64,000 bases of DNA. It comes from a candidate division WOR-3 bacterium. GTDB lineage: Bacteria > Hydrothermota > Tepidihabitantia > B3-TA06. Made by a program: the position numbers and the translations under genes. The notes under the pieces are model-generated. The model did no database searches. It had not been told where the DNA came from and saw only the letters and a program-made list of their open reading frames with translations. The stretch covers positions 1 to 64,000 of the forward strand of contig CBFGKC010000003.1 in the NCBI GenBank assembly GCA_965649265.1. Reading direction: 5' to 3'. Shown here one piece after another: positions 18,696-28,732 of the stretch; within the stretch, counting starts at the first letter, position 1; every line of letters starts with the position of its first letter.

Positions 18696-19901
18696 GTGAT
18701 CTTGGGGATAATACTTTCCTTATTATCAGCCTCGTCGCCGCCCGACAGCGTGAGCGAGGTGACGATCGAGCCTCTTCTTCCGGTCACATCGCTTGAGGCG
18801 GAGGACACGCCGAACGATGCCGGGCAGAGCATAGATCTCTTCTGGAGTCCTTCACCCGACTCGGTCCGGATTGAGCGCTACGAAATTTTCAGGGGTGAAA
18901 GCCCCCGGGGCCCCTACACGCTCGTCGGCGATCTCGTCGCTCCTGCGGAAGCCTTCAACGATGCCGATTCGGTCGTAATGAAGAACAACACAGACTATTA
19001 TTACAAGGTTGATGCGATAGCCGGTGACGGAGCTCGCGCGTCTGCAATAACGTCAAAGCCCGTTCAGGCCAGGGGGCAGTGGTTCCACATGGGCAGGCTC
19101 GTGGTCCTCGTGATTGCGGTACTCTACGGCATCCTGGTGCTCTTGTACATCGAGTTCGCCAAGCGCGACAAGAATATGTACATCCGCCGCATTGCCGGCC
19201 TTGATGCGGTCGACGAGGCCGTGGGTCGTTCAACGGAGATGGGAAAACCGATTCTCTTCAATTTCGGTCTTGCTGCGCTTACTGACCTCACGACTCTTGC
19301 GGCGCTTTCCATTCTTCGCCGCGTCGCCAAGAGGGCTGCTGAGTACGGTACAAAGCTCATCGTTCCGAACTATGACCCCATTGTAATGACGGCAGCACAG
19401 GAGACCGTGAAGCAGGCGTTCGCAGAAGCGGGCAGGCCCGATCTCTACAGGGAAGACGACATAACGTTTCTCACGACCGACCAGTTCGGATACGCCGCAG
19501 GTGTCGACGGCATCATTATTCGCGAGAAACCCGGAACGATCTTTCTTCAGGGCACGTTCTACGCGGAGGCGCTCATATTCGCCGAAACGGGCTACAGTGT
19601 GGGTGCCATCCAGATTGCGGGTACCACGATGGTAACCCAGCTGCCTTTCTTTGTTGCCGCCTGCGATTACACGCTTCTCGGGGAGGAGATGTATGCCGCA
19701 TCTGCCTACATAGACCGCGATCCTCAATTCGTGGGTTCTATAAAGAGCGAGGACGTGGCGAAAATAGCAATAATCATTTTCCTTGTCCTGGCTGTGCTGA
19801 TAGGGACTGTCGGAGCGATGATTCCCTTGGCACAAGGGCAGGAATCCAACTGGTTGACCAACGTTTTCGACTGGCTGGTTAACCTCTTCGTCACTTCCTA
19901 G
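18696..19901 (+). CDS. FN3-like extracellular domain plus DUF6754-like membrane protein
   Basis: N-terminal DTPNDAG...W...Y.I.R...YYYKV FN3-like pattern; IRRIAGLDAVDEAVGRSTEMGKP and FVAACDYTLLGEEMYAASAY motifs recognised as DUF6754; promoter TTGACA(18581)-N16-TAAGCT. Confidence 0.75.
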   Translation: MILGIILSLLSASSPPDSVSEVTIEPLLPVTSLEAEDTPNDAGQSIDLFWSPSPDSVRIERYEIFRGESPRGPYTLVGDLVAPAEAFNDADSVVMKNNTDYYYKVDAIAGDGARASAITSKPVQARGQWFHMGRLVVLVIAVLYGILVLLYIEFAKRDKNMYIRRIAGLDAVDEAVGRSTEMGKPILFNFGLAALTDLTTLAALSILRRVAKRAAEYGTKLIVPNYDPIVMTAAQETVKQAFAEAGRPDLYREDDITFLTTDQFGYAAGVDGIIIREKPGTIFLQGTFYAEALIFAETGYSVGAIQIAGTTMVTQLPFFVAACDYTLLGEEMYAASAYIDRDPQFVGSIKSEDVAKIAIIIFLVLAVLIGTVGAMIPLAQGQESNWLTNVFDWLVNLFVTS

Positions 19902-19947
19902 GAGAAATCATGGAAATCACTTCTATCAAAGCAAAGGATTTGAAATC

Positions 19948-20739
19948 ATGAAGCGTACACTGCCTCTCATAATCACCTTCCTTGCAGGCGTATTCATAAT
20001 CGCCGTGTTCTTCATTCCTCACAAGCCGTTCGGAGGCATGGAGCAACGCATGCTCGTGTGGGCATCAATCCTTGGTGGTTTCACGATGCTTCTGGGAATA
20101 GACAGCCTTGTCAAACACAACATAATGAAGATCTGGCGCAAGGAGAAGGACTGGTTTTACAGTCTTGTCACGCTCCTCGGACTGGTAGGAACCCTTGTAT
20201 CCGGGATTGTTACCTGGGTGATTTACGGTACCCCTCTCGATCTTCTCTCAGGTGACAAGGTCGGTGGTTTCCTCTGGGTCTACAACTGGATAATCGTACC
20301 GCTTCAGGCTACGATGTTCGCGCTTCTGGCGTTCTTCATCGCATCGGCGGCTTACAGGGCTTTCCGCGCTAGAACGTTCGACGCAATGCTTCTCCTGATC
20401 GCAGCCATTCTAGTGATGATAGGACGTCTCAGCCTGGGCGTCGTGCCGTCCGTGATAGCACTTGGCGTGCTACTTATCTCGGCCGGGGTCTACAGGATTG
20501 TCCTTCGAAAGCATGTGGTGGGGATCATCCTCTGCGTCCTTGGAGTCACGCTGGCACTTGCAGTGGTAATCTTCCCTCAGCAATCGATAAGCCTTGCTCC
20601 AAGAGTGCAGGAATGGCTCATGGAGGTTCCGCAAACCGCGGCGAAGAGAGGAATTCTTATAGGGCTAACCCTCGGTGGTGTCGCAATGTCCATCCGCATA
20701 CTTCTGGGCATCGAGCGAACCTACGTGTCTTCGACTTAG
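19948..20739 (+). CDS. Uncharacterised polytopic membrane protein (DUF6754-cluster partner)
   Basis: About 7-8 TM helices; PLQATMFALLAFFIASAAYRAFRAR; terminal RILLGIER. Confidence 0.75.
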   Translation: MKRTLPLIITFLAGVFIIAVFFIPHKPFGGMEQRMLVWASILGGFTMLLGIDSLVKHNIMKIWRKEKDWFYSLVTLLGLVGTLVSGIVTWVIYGTPLDLLSGDKVGGFLWVYNWIIVPLQATMFALLAFFIASAAYRAFRARTFDAMLLLIAAILVMIGRLSLGVVPSVIALGVLLISAGVYRIVLRKHVVGIILCVLGVTLALAVVIFPQQSISLAPRVQEWLMEVPQTAAKRGILIGLTLGGVAMSIRILLGIERTYVSST

Positions 20740-20745
20740 GAGGAG

Positions 20746-21579
20746 ATGATGAAATTCATTAAATGGCTCTCAAAAATTGATCGCAGAATCATCTTCCTTC
20801 TCGTGACCCTGGTGGTGCTGATACCGCTTCTATTCAATATTCCGATACCGTTCGAGGTAGGCAAGCCGGTTCAGGACGCCTACAATGCGATCGACAGCCT
20901 CAAGCCGGGCTCCGTGCTCATGCTTTCTGTGGACTACGATCCCACGAGCGCGCCTGAGTGCCAGCCTATGATGAACGCCATACTCGAACACGCGTTCCGC
21001 AAGAACCTCAAGATAATCATGCTCGGGCATCTCGTCAACGGCCTCCCTCTGGGCTTTTCCGCTCTCGAGGATGCGGCAAAGGCTCATAACAAGGTCTACG
21101 GGGTAGACTACGTCAATCTGGGTTACAACCCCGGCGGCGCATCGGTCATGGTAGGCATCGGACGAGAGATACGCAATTTTTACAGGACAGACTACCGTGG
21201 AGTAAACGTCGACAGCTTCCCCCTCATGAAGAACGTTCACAACTACAACGACGTATCGGTACTCATCAGCTTCGCGCACGGCGATCTTGTAAGCTGGTGG
21301 GTGGAATACGCCTGGGGGCGCTACAAGACCAAGATAATCGGCGCGGTGACCGGCGTCGTCGCACCCGACCTCTATCCTTACCTTCAGGCAAACCAGATGG
21401 TCGGGATGCTCGGCGGCCTTAAGGGCGCAAGCGAGTACGAATCCCTCGTGAAAAAGCCGGGCATGGCCACGCGCGGCATGCCTGCACAATCCACCGCTCA
21501 CATCCTCATCATTATCCTCATTGTCATAGGAAGCATAGCCGACTTCGTCGTTGACGCCAGCGAAAGGAGGAAGAAATGA
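20746..21579 (+). CDS. Uncharacterised membrane-anchored alpha/beta-domain protein (DUF6754-cluster partner)
   Basis: N- and C-terminal TMs; DYVNLGYNPG and GMLGGLKGASEYE motifs; AGGAG RBS. Confidence 0.75.
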   Translation: MMKFIKWLSKIDRRIIFLLVTLVVLIPLLFNIPIPFEVGKPVQDAYNAIDSLKPGSVLMLSVDYDPTSAPECQPMMNAILEHAFRKNLKIIMLGHLVNGLPLGFSALEDAAKAHNKVYGVDYVNLGYNPGGASVMVGIGREIRNFYRTDYRGVNVDSFPLMKNVHNYNDVSVLISFAHGDLVSWWVEYAWGRYKTKIIGAVTGVVAPDLYPYLQANQMVGMLGGLKGASEYESLVKKPGMATRGMPAQSTAHILIIILIVIGSIADFVVDASERRKK

Positions 21580-22268
21580 ACTTCGCAACCATTCTAGGTG
21601 TCTGGATTGCGGCAACGCTTACCATAGCCATTCTCTCCTTCCTTTACCGCGATAACCCCCTGTACAAGTTCGCCGAGCATCTCTACGTCGGCGTATCCGC
21701 GGCTTACGGAGTAATCTACATGGGCAAGTTCACGATGGAGATGCTTCTCGTGAACGCTTTCCGCGACAACTACCAGACGTTCCTGCGAACCGGTTCCACC
21801 AACTCCCTCTGGGAGGCGCTCGTGCTCATAGTACCTACCCTTCTCGGCCTCCTGATGCTTACCCGCTGGTTCGGACCGAAGGTTAGCTGGCTTTCTCGCT
21901 GGCCTATCGCTTTCCTCGTCGGCATAGGCACCGGTCTGGCCATAACCGGAAGCATCCAGGGATTCCTTATGCCGCAGATTCAGGCGACCCTCATGCCCAT
22001 GTGGGGGGGAGGTATATGGCAGGTTATAAGTAACCTTCTCATCTTCGTTGGTGTGATCGCCACCTTGATATACTTTTATTTCTCTCGGCCTCATACCGGT
22101 TTCCTTGGCGGGGTATCCCGTGTGGGCATAATCTTCATAATGGTATCGTTCGGAACCGCCTTCGGCTACACTGTGATGTCGCGTATCTCCCTGCTTATCG
22201 GCAGGCTCTACTTCCTCGTGAACGACTGGGTAATAGGCACGCTTAAGGCTCTTGGAATAGTTACGTGA
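21576..22268 (+). CDS. Uncharacterised polytopic membrane protein (DUF6754-cluster partner)
   Basis: SFLYRDNPLYKFAEHLYVG; FGTAFGYTVMSRISLLIGR; ATGA overlap with the previous gene. Confidence 0.75.
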   Translation: MNFATILGVWIAATLTIAILSFLYRDNPLYKFAEHLYVGVSAAYGVIYMGKFTMEMLLVNAFRDNYQTFLRTGSTNSLWEALVLIVPTLLGLLMLTRWFGPKVSWLSRWPIAFLVGIGTGLAITGSIQGFLMPQIQATLMPMWGGGIWQVISNLLIFVGVIATLIYFYFSRPHTGFLGGVSRVGIIFIMVSFGTAFGYTVMSRISLLIGRLYFLVNDWVIGTLKALGIVT

Positions 22269-23290
22269 GGAAGCCCCGGGTCCTCCTCCTCTTTTCGGGA
22301 GGACTTGACAGCCTTGTGGCGGCCAGGCTCCTTCTCGAGGTCGGCTGCCACGTACAGGCCATACATTTCATGACCCCATTTACCGGAAAGGAGTCAGGGC
22401 TGACTGGTGAGGAGTATCTCGAGGAATGGGGCATCAGTGTCCGCAGGACAAGGATATCTCTCAACGAGTACTTGCCCCTGCTCACATCTCCTCCGCATGG
22501 TTTCGGACGCGCGCTGAACGCCTGCATAGACTGCAAAATCCTTTTCTTGCGCCTGGCTAAACAAATCATGGAATCCGAAGGATTCGACGCTATAGCCACG
22601 GGCGAGGTTCTGGGCGAGCGACCCATGAGCCAGAACCGGCTCTCGCTCGATATAATCGAACGTGATTCCGGGCTTTCGGGAAGGCTCTTGCGGCCGCTTT
22701 CCGCCTCCCTCCTTCCCCCGACTGAAATCGAGACATCGGGACTGCTTGACCGTTCAAGGCTCCTTTCCATCCAGGGTCGGTCACGCAAGCCGCAGCTCGA
22801 GCTTGCGGCGAAATGGAATATCAAGAACTTTGCCACCCCATCGGGTGGATGCCTCATCACCGAGGTTCAGTATTCGGCAAAGCTCCGTGACATGCTCGAT
22901 CATCCCCTGGAACTCACTGATGAATACGTGGCTCTTCTCAAGGTTGGGCGGCACTTCCGCCATCCCTGTGGAGTCAAATTGATAGTAGGTAAGAATAAAG
23001 AGGAAAACGAGCAACTCCTCCTGCATCCCGGCGATTCAAGGTTTTTCCTTGAGGTAAGAGAGGCAAGCAGTCCGGCAGGTTTGTTGTTTATGGGGCACCA
23101 AGGGAAAGACGAAGTTTTTAACCGGGATGAGAAGGAGGTTTTCTTGTGGGGTAGTGGTATTGTGGCTAGGTACTCTGATGCCAGGTTAAAACCCCAGGTC
23201 GCGGTCACCATAACCGATATGCAAGGAATCGAGAAAGAAATTTCAGTTTCTCCTTCCCTTGATGATGAGATTGATCGATGGAGACTTTAG
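22265..23290 (+). CDS. PP-loop tRNA thiouridylase-like protein (ThiI/MnmA-related)
   Basis: SGGLDS PP-loop; CIDCK; TGEVLGERPMSQ; PSGGCL; GRHFR. Confidence 0.75.
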   Translation: MRKPRVLLLFSGGLDSLVAARLLLEVGCHVQAIHFMTPFTGKESGLTGEEYLEEWGISVRRTRISLNEYLPLLTSPPHGFGRALNACIDCKILFLRLAKQIMESEGFDAIATGEVLGERPMSQNRLSLDIIERDSGLSGRLLRPLSASLLPPTEIETSGLLDRSRLLSIQGRSRKPQLELAAKWNIKNFATPSGGCLITEVQYSAKLRDMLDHPLELTDEYVALLKVGRHFRHPCGVKLIVGKNKEENEQLLLHPGDSRFFLEVREASSPAGLLFMGHQGKDEVFNRDEKEVFLWGSGIVARYSDARLKPQVAVTITDMQGIEKEISVSPSLDDEIDRWRL

Positions 23291-24548
23291 GAGCAAACTC
23301 TTGCAAGCTGCCCTTAGACTGATTCCAGCCATCTTTGCTTTTTGTTCCCTGGGTTGTATTTGCGGAGAGCCTGGTTTTCAGGAAACCGTCGATATCAAAA
23401 ACCTCCTGTGGACGTATAAAACGGAGAGTAGAATACCGCAAGGTTCCACGCCGGCGGTAGCCGGAGACGGCACTATATACTTCGGCACTGATTACGGATA
23501 TGTATATGCGCTTAAGCCAGAAGGATTACTTAAATGGAAATACAAGGCGGAAAAGGGCATTTCGGGGTCAATAGCCATCTCAAAGGAGGGCGACGTCTAC
23601 TTCGCCTCCGTTGACGGTTGTTTCTACTCCTTATCCTCTCGTGGAACACTAAAATGGATGTTTCAAAGCCGCGGCAGGATACCCTCCTCCTCTGCGATCG
23701 ATCAAAACGAGAGGATATGGTTCGTGGTGGAGGAGGAGACGGATACGGTCTGGGAATTTTACTCTGACGGCAAAGGGCAGGGTGAGTATTACCTGAAATC
23801 CGAGTATCATCTGGTCGTTCTCGAGCCGGACGGTTCACTTGTCGCAAGGTTCGGCAAGTGGGACAATGCGCTCTCCTCGCCTGCCATAGCAAGTGACGGG
23901 AGTATCTTTTTCACTTCACTAGTCTACCTCTATGTCCTGAATCCTGACGGAAGTGAAAAATGGAAGTTCCCTTCAAAGGGGTGGGCGCTGGCATCACCAT
24001 CGGTCGCCGGTGACGGCACCGTTTATTTCGGTTCGGAGGACGAATATCTTTATGCCGTAAATCCTTACGGTAAACTAAAATGGAGGTTCAAAACCGGCGG
24101 AGGTGTGTATTCGACGCCTGTTACGGGTAAAGACGGAAGCGTATACTTCGGATCAAAGGACGGGTACTTCTACTCCCTCTCCAGGGAAGGCAATCTAAAC
24201 TGGAAATACCTGTCGGGCGGACTTGAGGATGCCTCAGCTCTCGCGGCCTCGGACGGTCTTGTATACTTCAACTCCTCAAACGGCGTTTTCTTCGTTTTCA
24301 ATCCTGATGGATCGGTACGCTGGAAAACGCAAACGGGCTGGTCCAATGTAACATCGCCGGTGATGGGCTCTGGGGGATGCGTCTACTATGGCGGTATCTT
24401 TCCTTATGCAAAAAGAGGTGACATCCGTCGGTTCAGAGACAGCTCAGGTGCATTTTATGCGTTGAAAACCGAATCCAGAGGGACGGCAAAAGCTTCCTGG
24501 CCTAAGAACCGCTCGGATGATTCGAACACGGGAAGGGTAAGCTTTTAA
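23259..24548 (+). CDS. PQQ-like beta-propeller repeat protein, probable lipoprotein
   Basis: SP...DG.VYFGS.D...Y...G.LKW repeats; WPKNRSDDSNTGR terminus; no CTD; start codon uncertain. Confidence 0.8.
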   Translation: MMMRLIDGDFRSKLLQAALRLIPAIFAFCSLGCICGEPGFQETVDIKNLLWTYKTESRIPQGSTPAVAGDGTIYFGTDYGYVYALKPEGLLKWKYKAEKGISGSIAISKEGDVYFASVDGCFYSLSSRGTLKWMFQSRGRIPSSSAIDQNERIWFVVEEETDTVWEFYSDGKGQGEYYLKSEYHLVVLEPDGSLVARFGKWDNALSSPAIASDGSIFFTSLVYLYVLNPDGSEKWKFPSKGWALASPSVAGDGTVYFGSEDEYLYAVNPYGKLKWRFKTGGGVYSTPVTGKDGSVYFGSKDGYFYSLSREGNLNWKYLSGGLEDASALAASDGLVYFNSSNGVFFVFNPDGSVRWKTQTGWSNVTSPVMGSGGCVYYGGIFPYAKRGDIRRFRDSSGAFYALKTESRGTAKASWPKNRSDDSNTGRVSF

Positions 24549-24604
24549 TCCATGTTTGCGTCCCGCTAATGTTGACAACTTTCCATAAAAGCGGAGAATA
24601 GAGG

Positions 24605-26005
24605 GTGCAAAGACAAGAGAGCACTTACGTTGGACCGCTTGCCCCGAAGTACGGGGTGAATTTCCGTTCGTCCGTAAATCCCGGCGCAATACTGCTTTTG
24701 GGCTACGTTATCATGATACTTGTTGGTTCCATACTGCTATCTCTGCCCTGGGCTTCACACGGGTGCTCATTCATTGATGCCCTTTTCACTTCCACGTCTG
24801 CGACCTGCGTGACGGGGCTAATAGTCAAGGACACGCCCCAGGATTTCACTCTTTTCGGACAGATAGTCATCCTCGTTCTCATACAAATAGGCGGCCTCGG
24901 CTACATGACCTTCTCTACGCTCATTTTCTTTATTCTTGGCCAGCGAACATCACTCAGTCACAGGCTTCTTATGAAGGAATCTCTCAACTCCCTCTCTTTC
25001 AATAATTTGCGTCGTTTTGCCTATACCGTGGTCCGCGTTACAATGGTCGTCGAGGGCATTGGTGCTCTTGTACTCTCACTATGGTTCAGGTTCATGTACG
25101 GCATGCCCTGGGACAGGGCCATTTATCACGGCATATTCCACTCCGTCTCGTCTTTTTGCAACGCCGGTTTCTCTACCTTCTCGGATAATCTTTCCGGATT
25201 CGCCCAGGACCCGGTGGTCGGTCCCGTGGTGGCAGTGCTGGTAATTGCCGGCGGCCTGGGTTTTCTGGTCATAACCGATATTTGGAAACGCATAACCAAA
25301 GAAACATTGAGACTTACAACTCACACGAAGCTCGTTCTTGTTGCCACGGCAGTTCTCATCATCGCAGGAACCGCAGTAATCACCGCAACCGAATGGGACG
25401 GAGCCTTCCAGTCATTTTCTCCAGGTTACAAGATACTTAACGGTTTCTTTGCTTCGGTCACGTCTCGAACTGCAGGTTTTAACCTGGCTTCAATAGGTAA
25501 CATGCACTCGTTTACACTGATCTTCATCATGCTTCTCATGTTCGTCGGCGCCTCGCCCGGCGGAACCGGGGGCGGTGTGAAGACCACTGCGTTTTCACTT
25601 CTTCTTGCCGAGATTTCAAGGGTGTTGAAGGGACAGCCTGAGATAATAATGCTTGGCCGGACCATAAAACCCGAGCACGTTTACCGAGCGATCACGATCA
25701 TAGCCTTGTCAACGATACTGGTATTGACATCGTCGTTCCTTTTAATAATATTCACCCATGGAAGAGATGTTCTGCGCTCGGCATTCGAGACCATATCGGC
25801 GTTCGGTACGGTCGGCCTTTCTCGAGGCTCGCATCGTTCGTCCGTGTTGTCTTTTGCGGCCGACTTCAAGGTTGGGGGGAAGATAGTGCTCATGTTCACG
25901 ATGCTTTTCGGGAAGCTCGGGACCCTGACAGTAGGGTCGGCCATTCTTGCAAGAGCGAAAAAAACCAAAATACGCGTTGCCAACGCGAACATAGTGGTGG
26001 GGTAG
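24605..26005 (+). CDS. KtrB/TrkH family K+ uptake permease
   Basis: FTSTSATCVTGL, SSFCNAGF, SRTAGF, GASPGGTGGGVKTT, SAFGTVGLS. Confidence 0.92.
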   Translation: MQRQESTYVGPLAPKYGVNFRSSVNPGAILLLGYVIMILVGSILLSLPWASHGCSFIDALFTSTSATCVTGLIVKDTPQDFTLFGQIVILVLIQIGGLGYMTFSTLIFFILGQRTSLSHRLLMKESLNSLSFNNLRRFAYTVVRVTMVVEGIGALVLSLWFRFMYGMPWDRAIYHGIFHSVSSFCNAGFSTFSDNLSGFAQDPVVGPVVAVLVIAGGLGFLVITDIWKRITKETLRLTTHTKLVLVATAVLIIAGTAVITATEWDGAFQSFSPGYKILNGFFASVTSRTAGFNLASIGNMHSFTLIFIMLLMFVGASPGGTGGGVKTTAFSLLLAEISRVLKGQPEIIMLGRTIKPEHVYRAITIIALSTILVLTSSFLLIIFTHGRDVLRSAFETISAFGTVGLSRGSHRSSVLSFAADFKVGGKIVLMFTMLFGKLGTLTVGSAILARAKKTKIRVANANIVVG

Positions 26006-26144
26006 AGATGGTCAAAAGGAGATTACCGAAAGGGCCTCGCAGGCTCCTCCCATAGGAATCATAAATTAACAATGAGAGAGAATCGTTGGTTAAAAGAATA
26101 TTGTCTTTTATATTCGATTATTCCCTCTAGTGCGTGGATGACGA

Positions 26145-27482
26145 ATGAGTAGGCGAATGAAACTGACGCCCCTTCAGCTGGTCATCATCGGTTTCCTCCT
26201 TATTACTTTCATAGGAGCGTTCCTCTTGATGCTGCCCATCTCGAACACCAAAGGCGTATGGCAGCCCTTCATTGATGCGCTTTTCACCTCCGCTTCCTGC
26301 ATCTCCACGACCGGTCTCGTGATACAGGATACGGGCAGCTTTTACAATCTTTTCGGCCAGATCGTCATGCTCGTTATCTTTCAGATAGGCGGCATAGGCT
26401 TCATGGTCTTCATCGTTCTCATCGCCTACGCACTGAACAAGAAGCCCAATTTAATGGATAAGGCCAGTTTCAAGGAGTCAATGGCCGGTGCGCCCCTTGG
26501 CGGTTCCGGGAGTTTTGCCAAGGCCGTAATCCTTTTCACGCTTACGTTTGAAGTGGGCGGTGCCCTGCTCTTGGCCGCTTACTGGATGCCTTACTACCCC
26601 CTCCCAAAGGCGTTGTGGTTCGGCTTCTTTCACTCCGTCTCCGCATTCTGCACAGCAGGCTTCGGACTCTTTCCTGACAGCCTTATTTCGTGCCAGGGCA
26701 GTGTTTTTGTAAATCTCGTCGTAGAAATAATTTCTATAGCCGGTGCGGTCGGCTTTTTCGTCCTTTTTGACGTATATCGTCAATCTAAACTGACCATCGC
26801 CAGAAAGTGGCCTCACAGGCTTTCGCTTCATACCAAGATGGTGCTCTCCGTGACCGCCATCATTGTCGTTCTCGGCACCCTTGTTGTTTTCTTTGCGGAG
26901 CTTGGAAGATCGAGACTGCCGGTAGCCAATCAGCTCATGAACGCCTTCTTCCAGGCCGTGTCTGCGGAAACAACCACAGGCTTTAACACGGTGGATATAC
27001 CTGGGTTGATGTCACCGAGTCTTTTCTTCCTCATGATACTCATGTTCATTGGTGCCTCGCCCGGAAGCACCGGCGGCGGCATAAAGACAACCACCTTCGG
27101 GGTCATCATCCTCTTCGTCATCTCTCTCCTTAAGAGAAGCCCTGATGCTAACTTATACAAAAGACGCATCCCGCCGGAGTTAATCGATACCTCTTTTGCC
27201 ATAGCCTCGCTCTCACTGCTTCTCGTTGCAATCATCACGCTTGCTCTTCTCTTTACCGAGAAGGCAACCTTTATGCAGATTCTATTTGAGGTCATATCGG
27301 CTTTCGGTAACGGCGGACTCTCTACCGGGATTACCGTTAATCTTTCTCCTGTGGGCCGTGTTCTTCTTAGTTTGACCATGTTTATAGGCAGGATAGGGCC
27401 CCTGGCAATAGGATTCTCTCTGCTTGGAGTGCCGAAAAAGGTATCATTCAGGTATGCAAAAGAAGACGTCTATGTCGGGTAA
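26145..27482 (+). CDS. KtrB/TrkH family K+ uptake permease (second paralog)
   Basis: SCISTTGL, SAFCTAGF, ETTTGF, GASPGSTGGGIKTT, SAFGNGGLS. Confidence 0.92.
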   Translation: MSRRMKLTPLQLVIIGFLLITFIGAFLLMLPISNTKGVWQPFIDALFTSASCISTTGLVIQDTGSFYNLFGQIVMLVIFQIGGIGFMVFIVLIAYALNKKPNLMDKASFKESMAGAPLGGSGSFAKAVILFTLTFEVGGALLLAAYWMPYYPLPKALWFGFFHSVSAFCTAGFGLFPDSLISCQGSVFVNLVVEIISIAGAVGFFVLFDVYRQSKLTIARKWPHRLSLHTKMVLSVTAIIVVLGTLVVFFAELGRSRLPVANQLMNAFFQAVSAETTTGFNTVDIPGLMSPSLFFLMILMFIGASPGSTGGGIKTTTFGVIILFVISLLKRSPDANLYKRRIPPELIDTSFAIASLSLLLVAIITLALLFTEKATFMQILFEVISAFGNGGLSTGITVNLSPVGRVLLSLTMFIGRIGPLAIGFSLLGVPKKVSFRYAKEDVYVG

Positions 27483-27528
27483 CGGGGCAGGGTGTTTCCG
27501 CATTACCCGGATTGGTTCCGGTGTGCCC

Positions 27529-27675
27529 TTGACATTCTTTTACGGGGTTGTAAAATTTCGTCGTGAAGTCATGTTTGTACGAGGAAACCTGGTGTCGGTC
27601 CCAAGGAAAAAACCGAGTAAGGACCTGGGCCTGGGCCCCGAAAAGATGCTCAGCATCTTTGTAGGGTAAGTTAAA
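27529..27675 (+). promoter_or_regulatory. Promoter and structured ~110-nt 5' leader of ktrA
   Basis: TTGACA-N16-TAAAAT; leader has tcggt/accga and ccca(a)gg/cctggg complementarities plus an aaagatgct/agcatcttt hairpin. Confidence 0.55.
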
Positions 27676-28365
27676 ATGCCTAAGAATTATGCCGTAATAG
27701 GTCTCGGGAAGTTCGGCTCTACCGTCGCGCGTGAGCTTGCCAAACGTGGGAATCAGGTCTTTGCTTGCGACAGGGATACAGACAAGGTCGAGGAGATAGG
27801 AGCCGAGATCGCTCACGCGATGGAGCTTGACGCGACAGACGAGGCCGCGCTCAAGGATGCCGGGATTGACGAGGTGGATTCCGCAATCGTGAGCTTTGGC
27901 CAGTCCGTTGCCGACAGCTTGCTCGTGACAATGCTCCTCAAGGAGATGGGGATTGCAGAGGTAATTGTCAAGGTAAATGATGAGCGTGACGCAAAGCTCT
28001 TGCGCCGCATAGGGGCAGACAGGGTCATCTTCCCGGAACGCGACGGAGCGATAAGGCTCGTGGAGAACCTTCTTGAACCTCACATCTTCGACGTGATTGA
28101 ACTTTCCGAAGAGTACAGCATGGTCGAGATTGCGGCAACCAAGGACATGCTGGGCAAGAAGCTCGTGGAGCTTCATCTTCGCAAGCGCTTTGGGGTGAAC
28201 GTCATAGCAATAAAGAGCAAGGTTCCAACCTTCTCAAAAAAAGGACTTCCGGACATAGCGGAGAAGGTCAACATTGCTCCTGGAGCCGAGGATGAGATAA
28301 GGGAAGGCGACGTTCTTGTAATCATCGGCCGAGACGAAGACATCGATCGCGTAAAAAAACTCTAA
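27676..28365 (+). CDS. ktrA: KtrA/TrkA family K+ uptake regulatory subunit (RCK)
   Basis: VIGLGKFG Rossmann motif; IGADRVIFPER; TrkA-C domain. Confidence 0.9.
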   Translation: MPKNYAVIGLGKFGSTVARELAKRGNQVFACDRDTDKVEEIGAEIAHAMELDATDEAALKDAGIDEVDSAIVSFGQSVADSLLVTMLLKEMGIAEVIVKVNDERDAKLLRRIGADRVIFPERDGAIRLVENLLEPHIFDVIELSEEYSMVEIAATKDMLGKKLVELHLRKRFGVNVIAIKSKVPTFSKKGLPDIAEKVNIAPGAEDEIREGDVLVIIGRDEDIDRVKKL

Positions 28366-28376
28366 ACTGATAGGAT

Positions 28377-28643
28377 ATGAAAAAGACGCCTGATATGGTT
28401 GGTGAATTGATTGAAACCGGGGAATTCTACATCCTCAATCAGAAGTACTCCGAGGCCGTAAAGGTCTTTAAGGAAGCCAGCGAGCTTGACGACTCAAACG
28501 CCCTGATCCACTATCTTTACGGTCTTGCGCTCGAGGGAACCAATGATTTCGAGAAGGCCAAACGCGAATTCCGCCGGGCACTTGAGCTTGATCCCGAGCA
28601 CACTGAAGCGCACGAACATCTTGATAAATTAGTCGGGCAGTAA
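28377..28643 (+). CDS. Small TPR protein
   Basis: Two TPR motifs (A...F..A.ELD). Confidence 0.75.
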   Translation: MKKTPDMVGELIETGEFYILNQKYSEAVKVFKEASELDDSNALIHYLYGLALEGTNDFEKAKREFRRALELDPEHTEAHEHLDKLVGQ

Positions 28644-28732
28644 TGCCTGGAATTGTCATAACAGGGCAATCAAGTCCCCGATGACGTCCAGGGCATCAAA
28701 GTAAATAACAAAAGGGCATCCGGAGGTTGAAG

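Noticed and set aside
27560-27675. c-di-AMP (ydaO) riboswitch before ktrA
   Set aside because: Lacks the GCUGAAUC / GGGGUGAAUC / CAGCUAACC consensus blocks; kept only as an unknown structured leader
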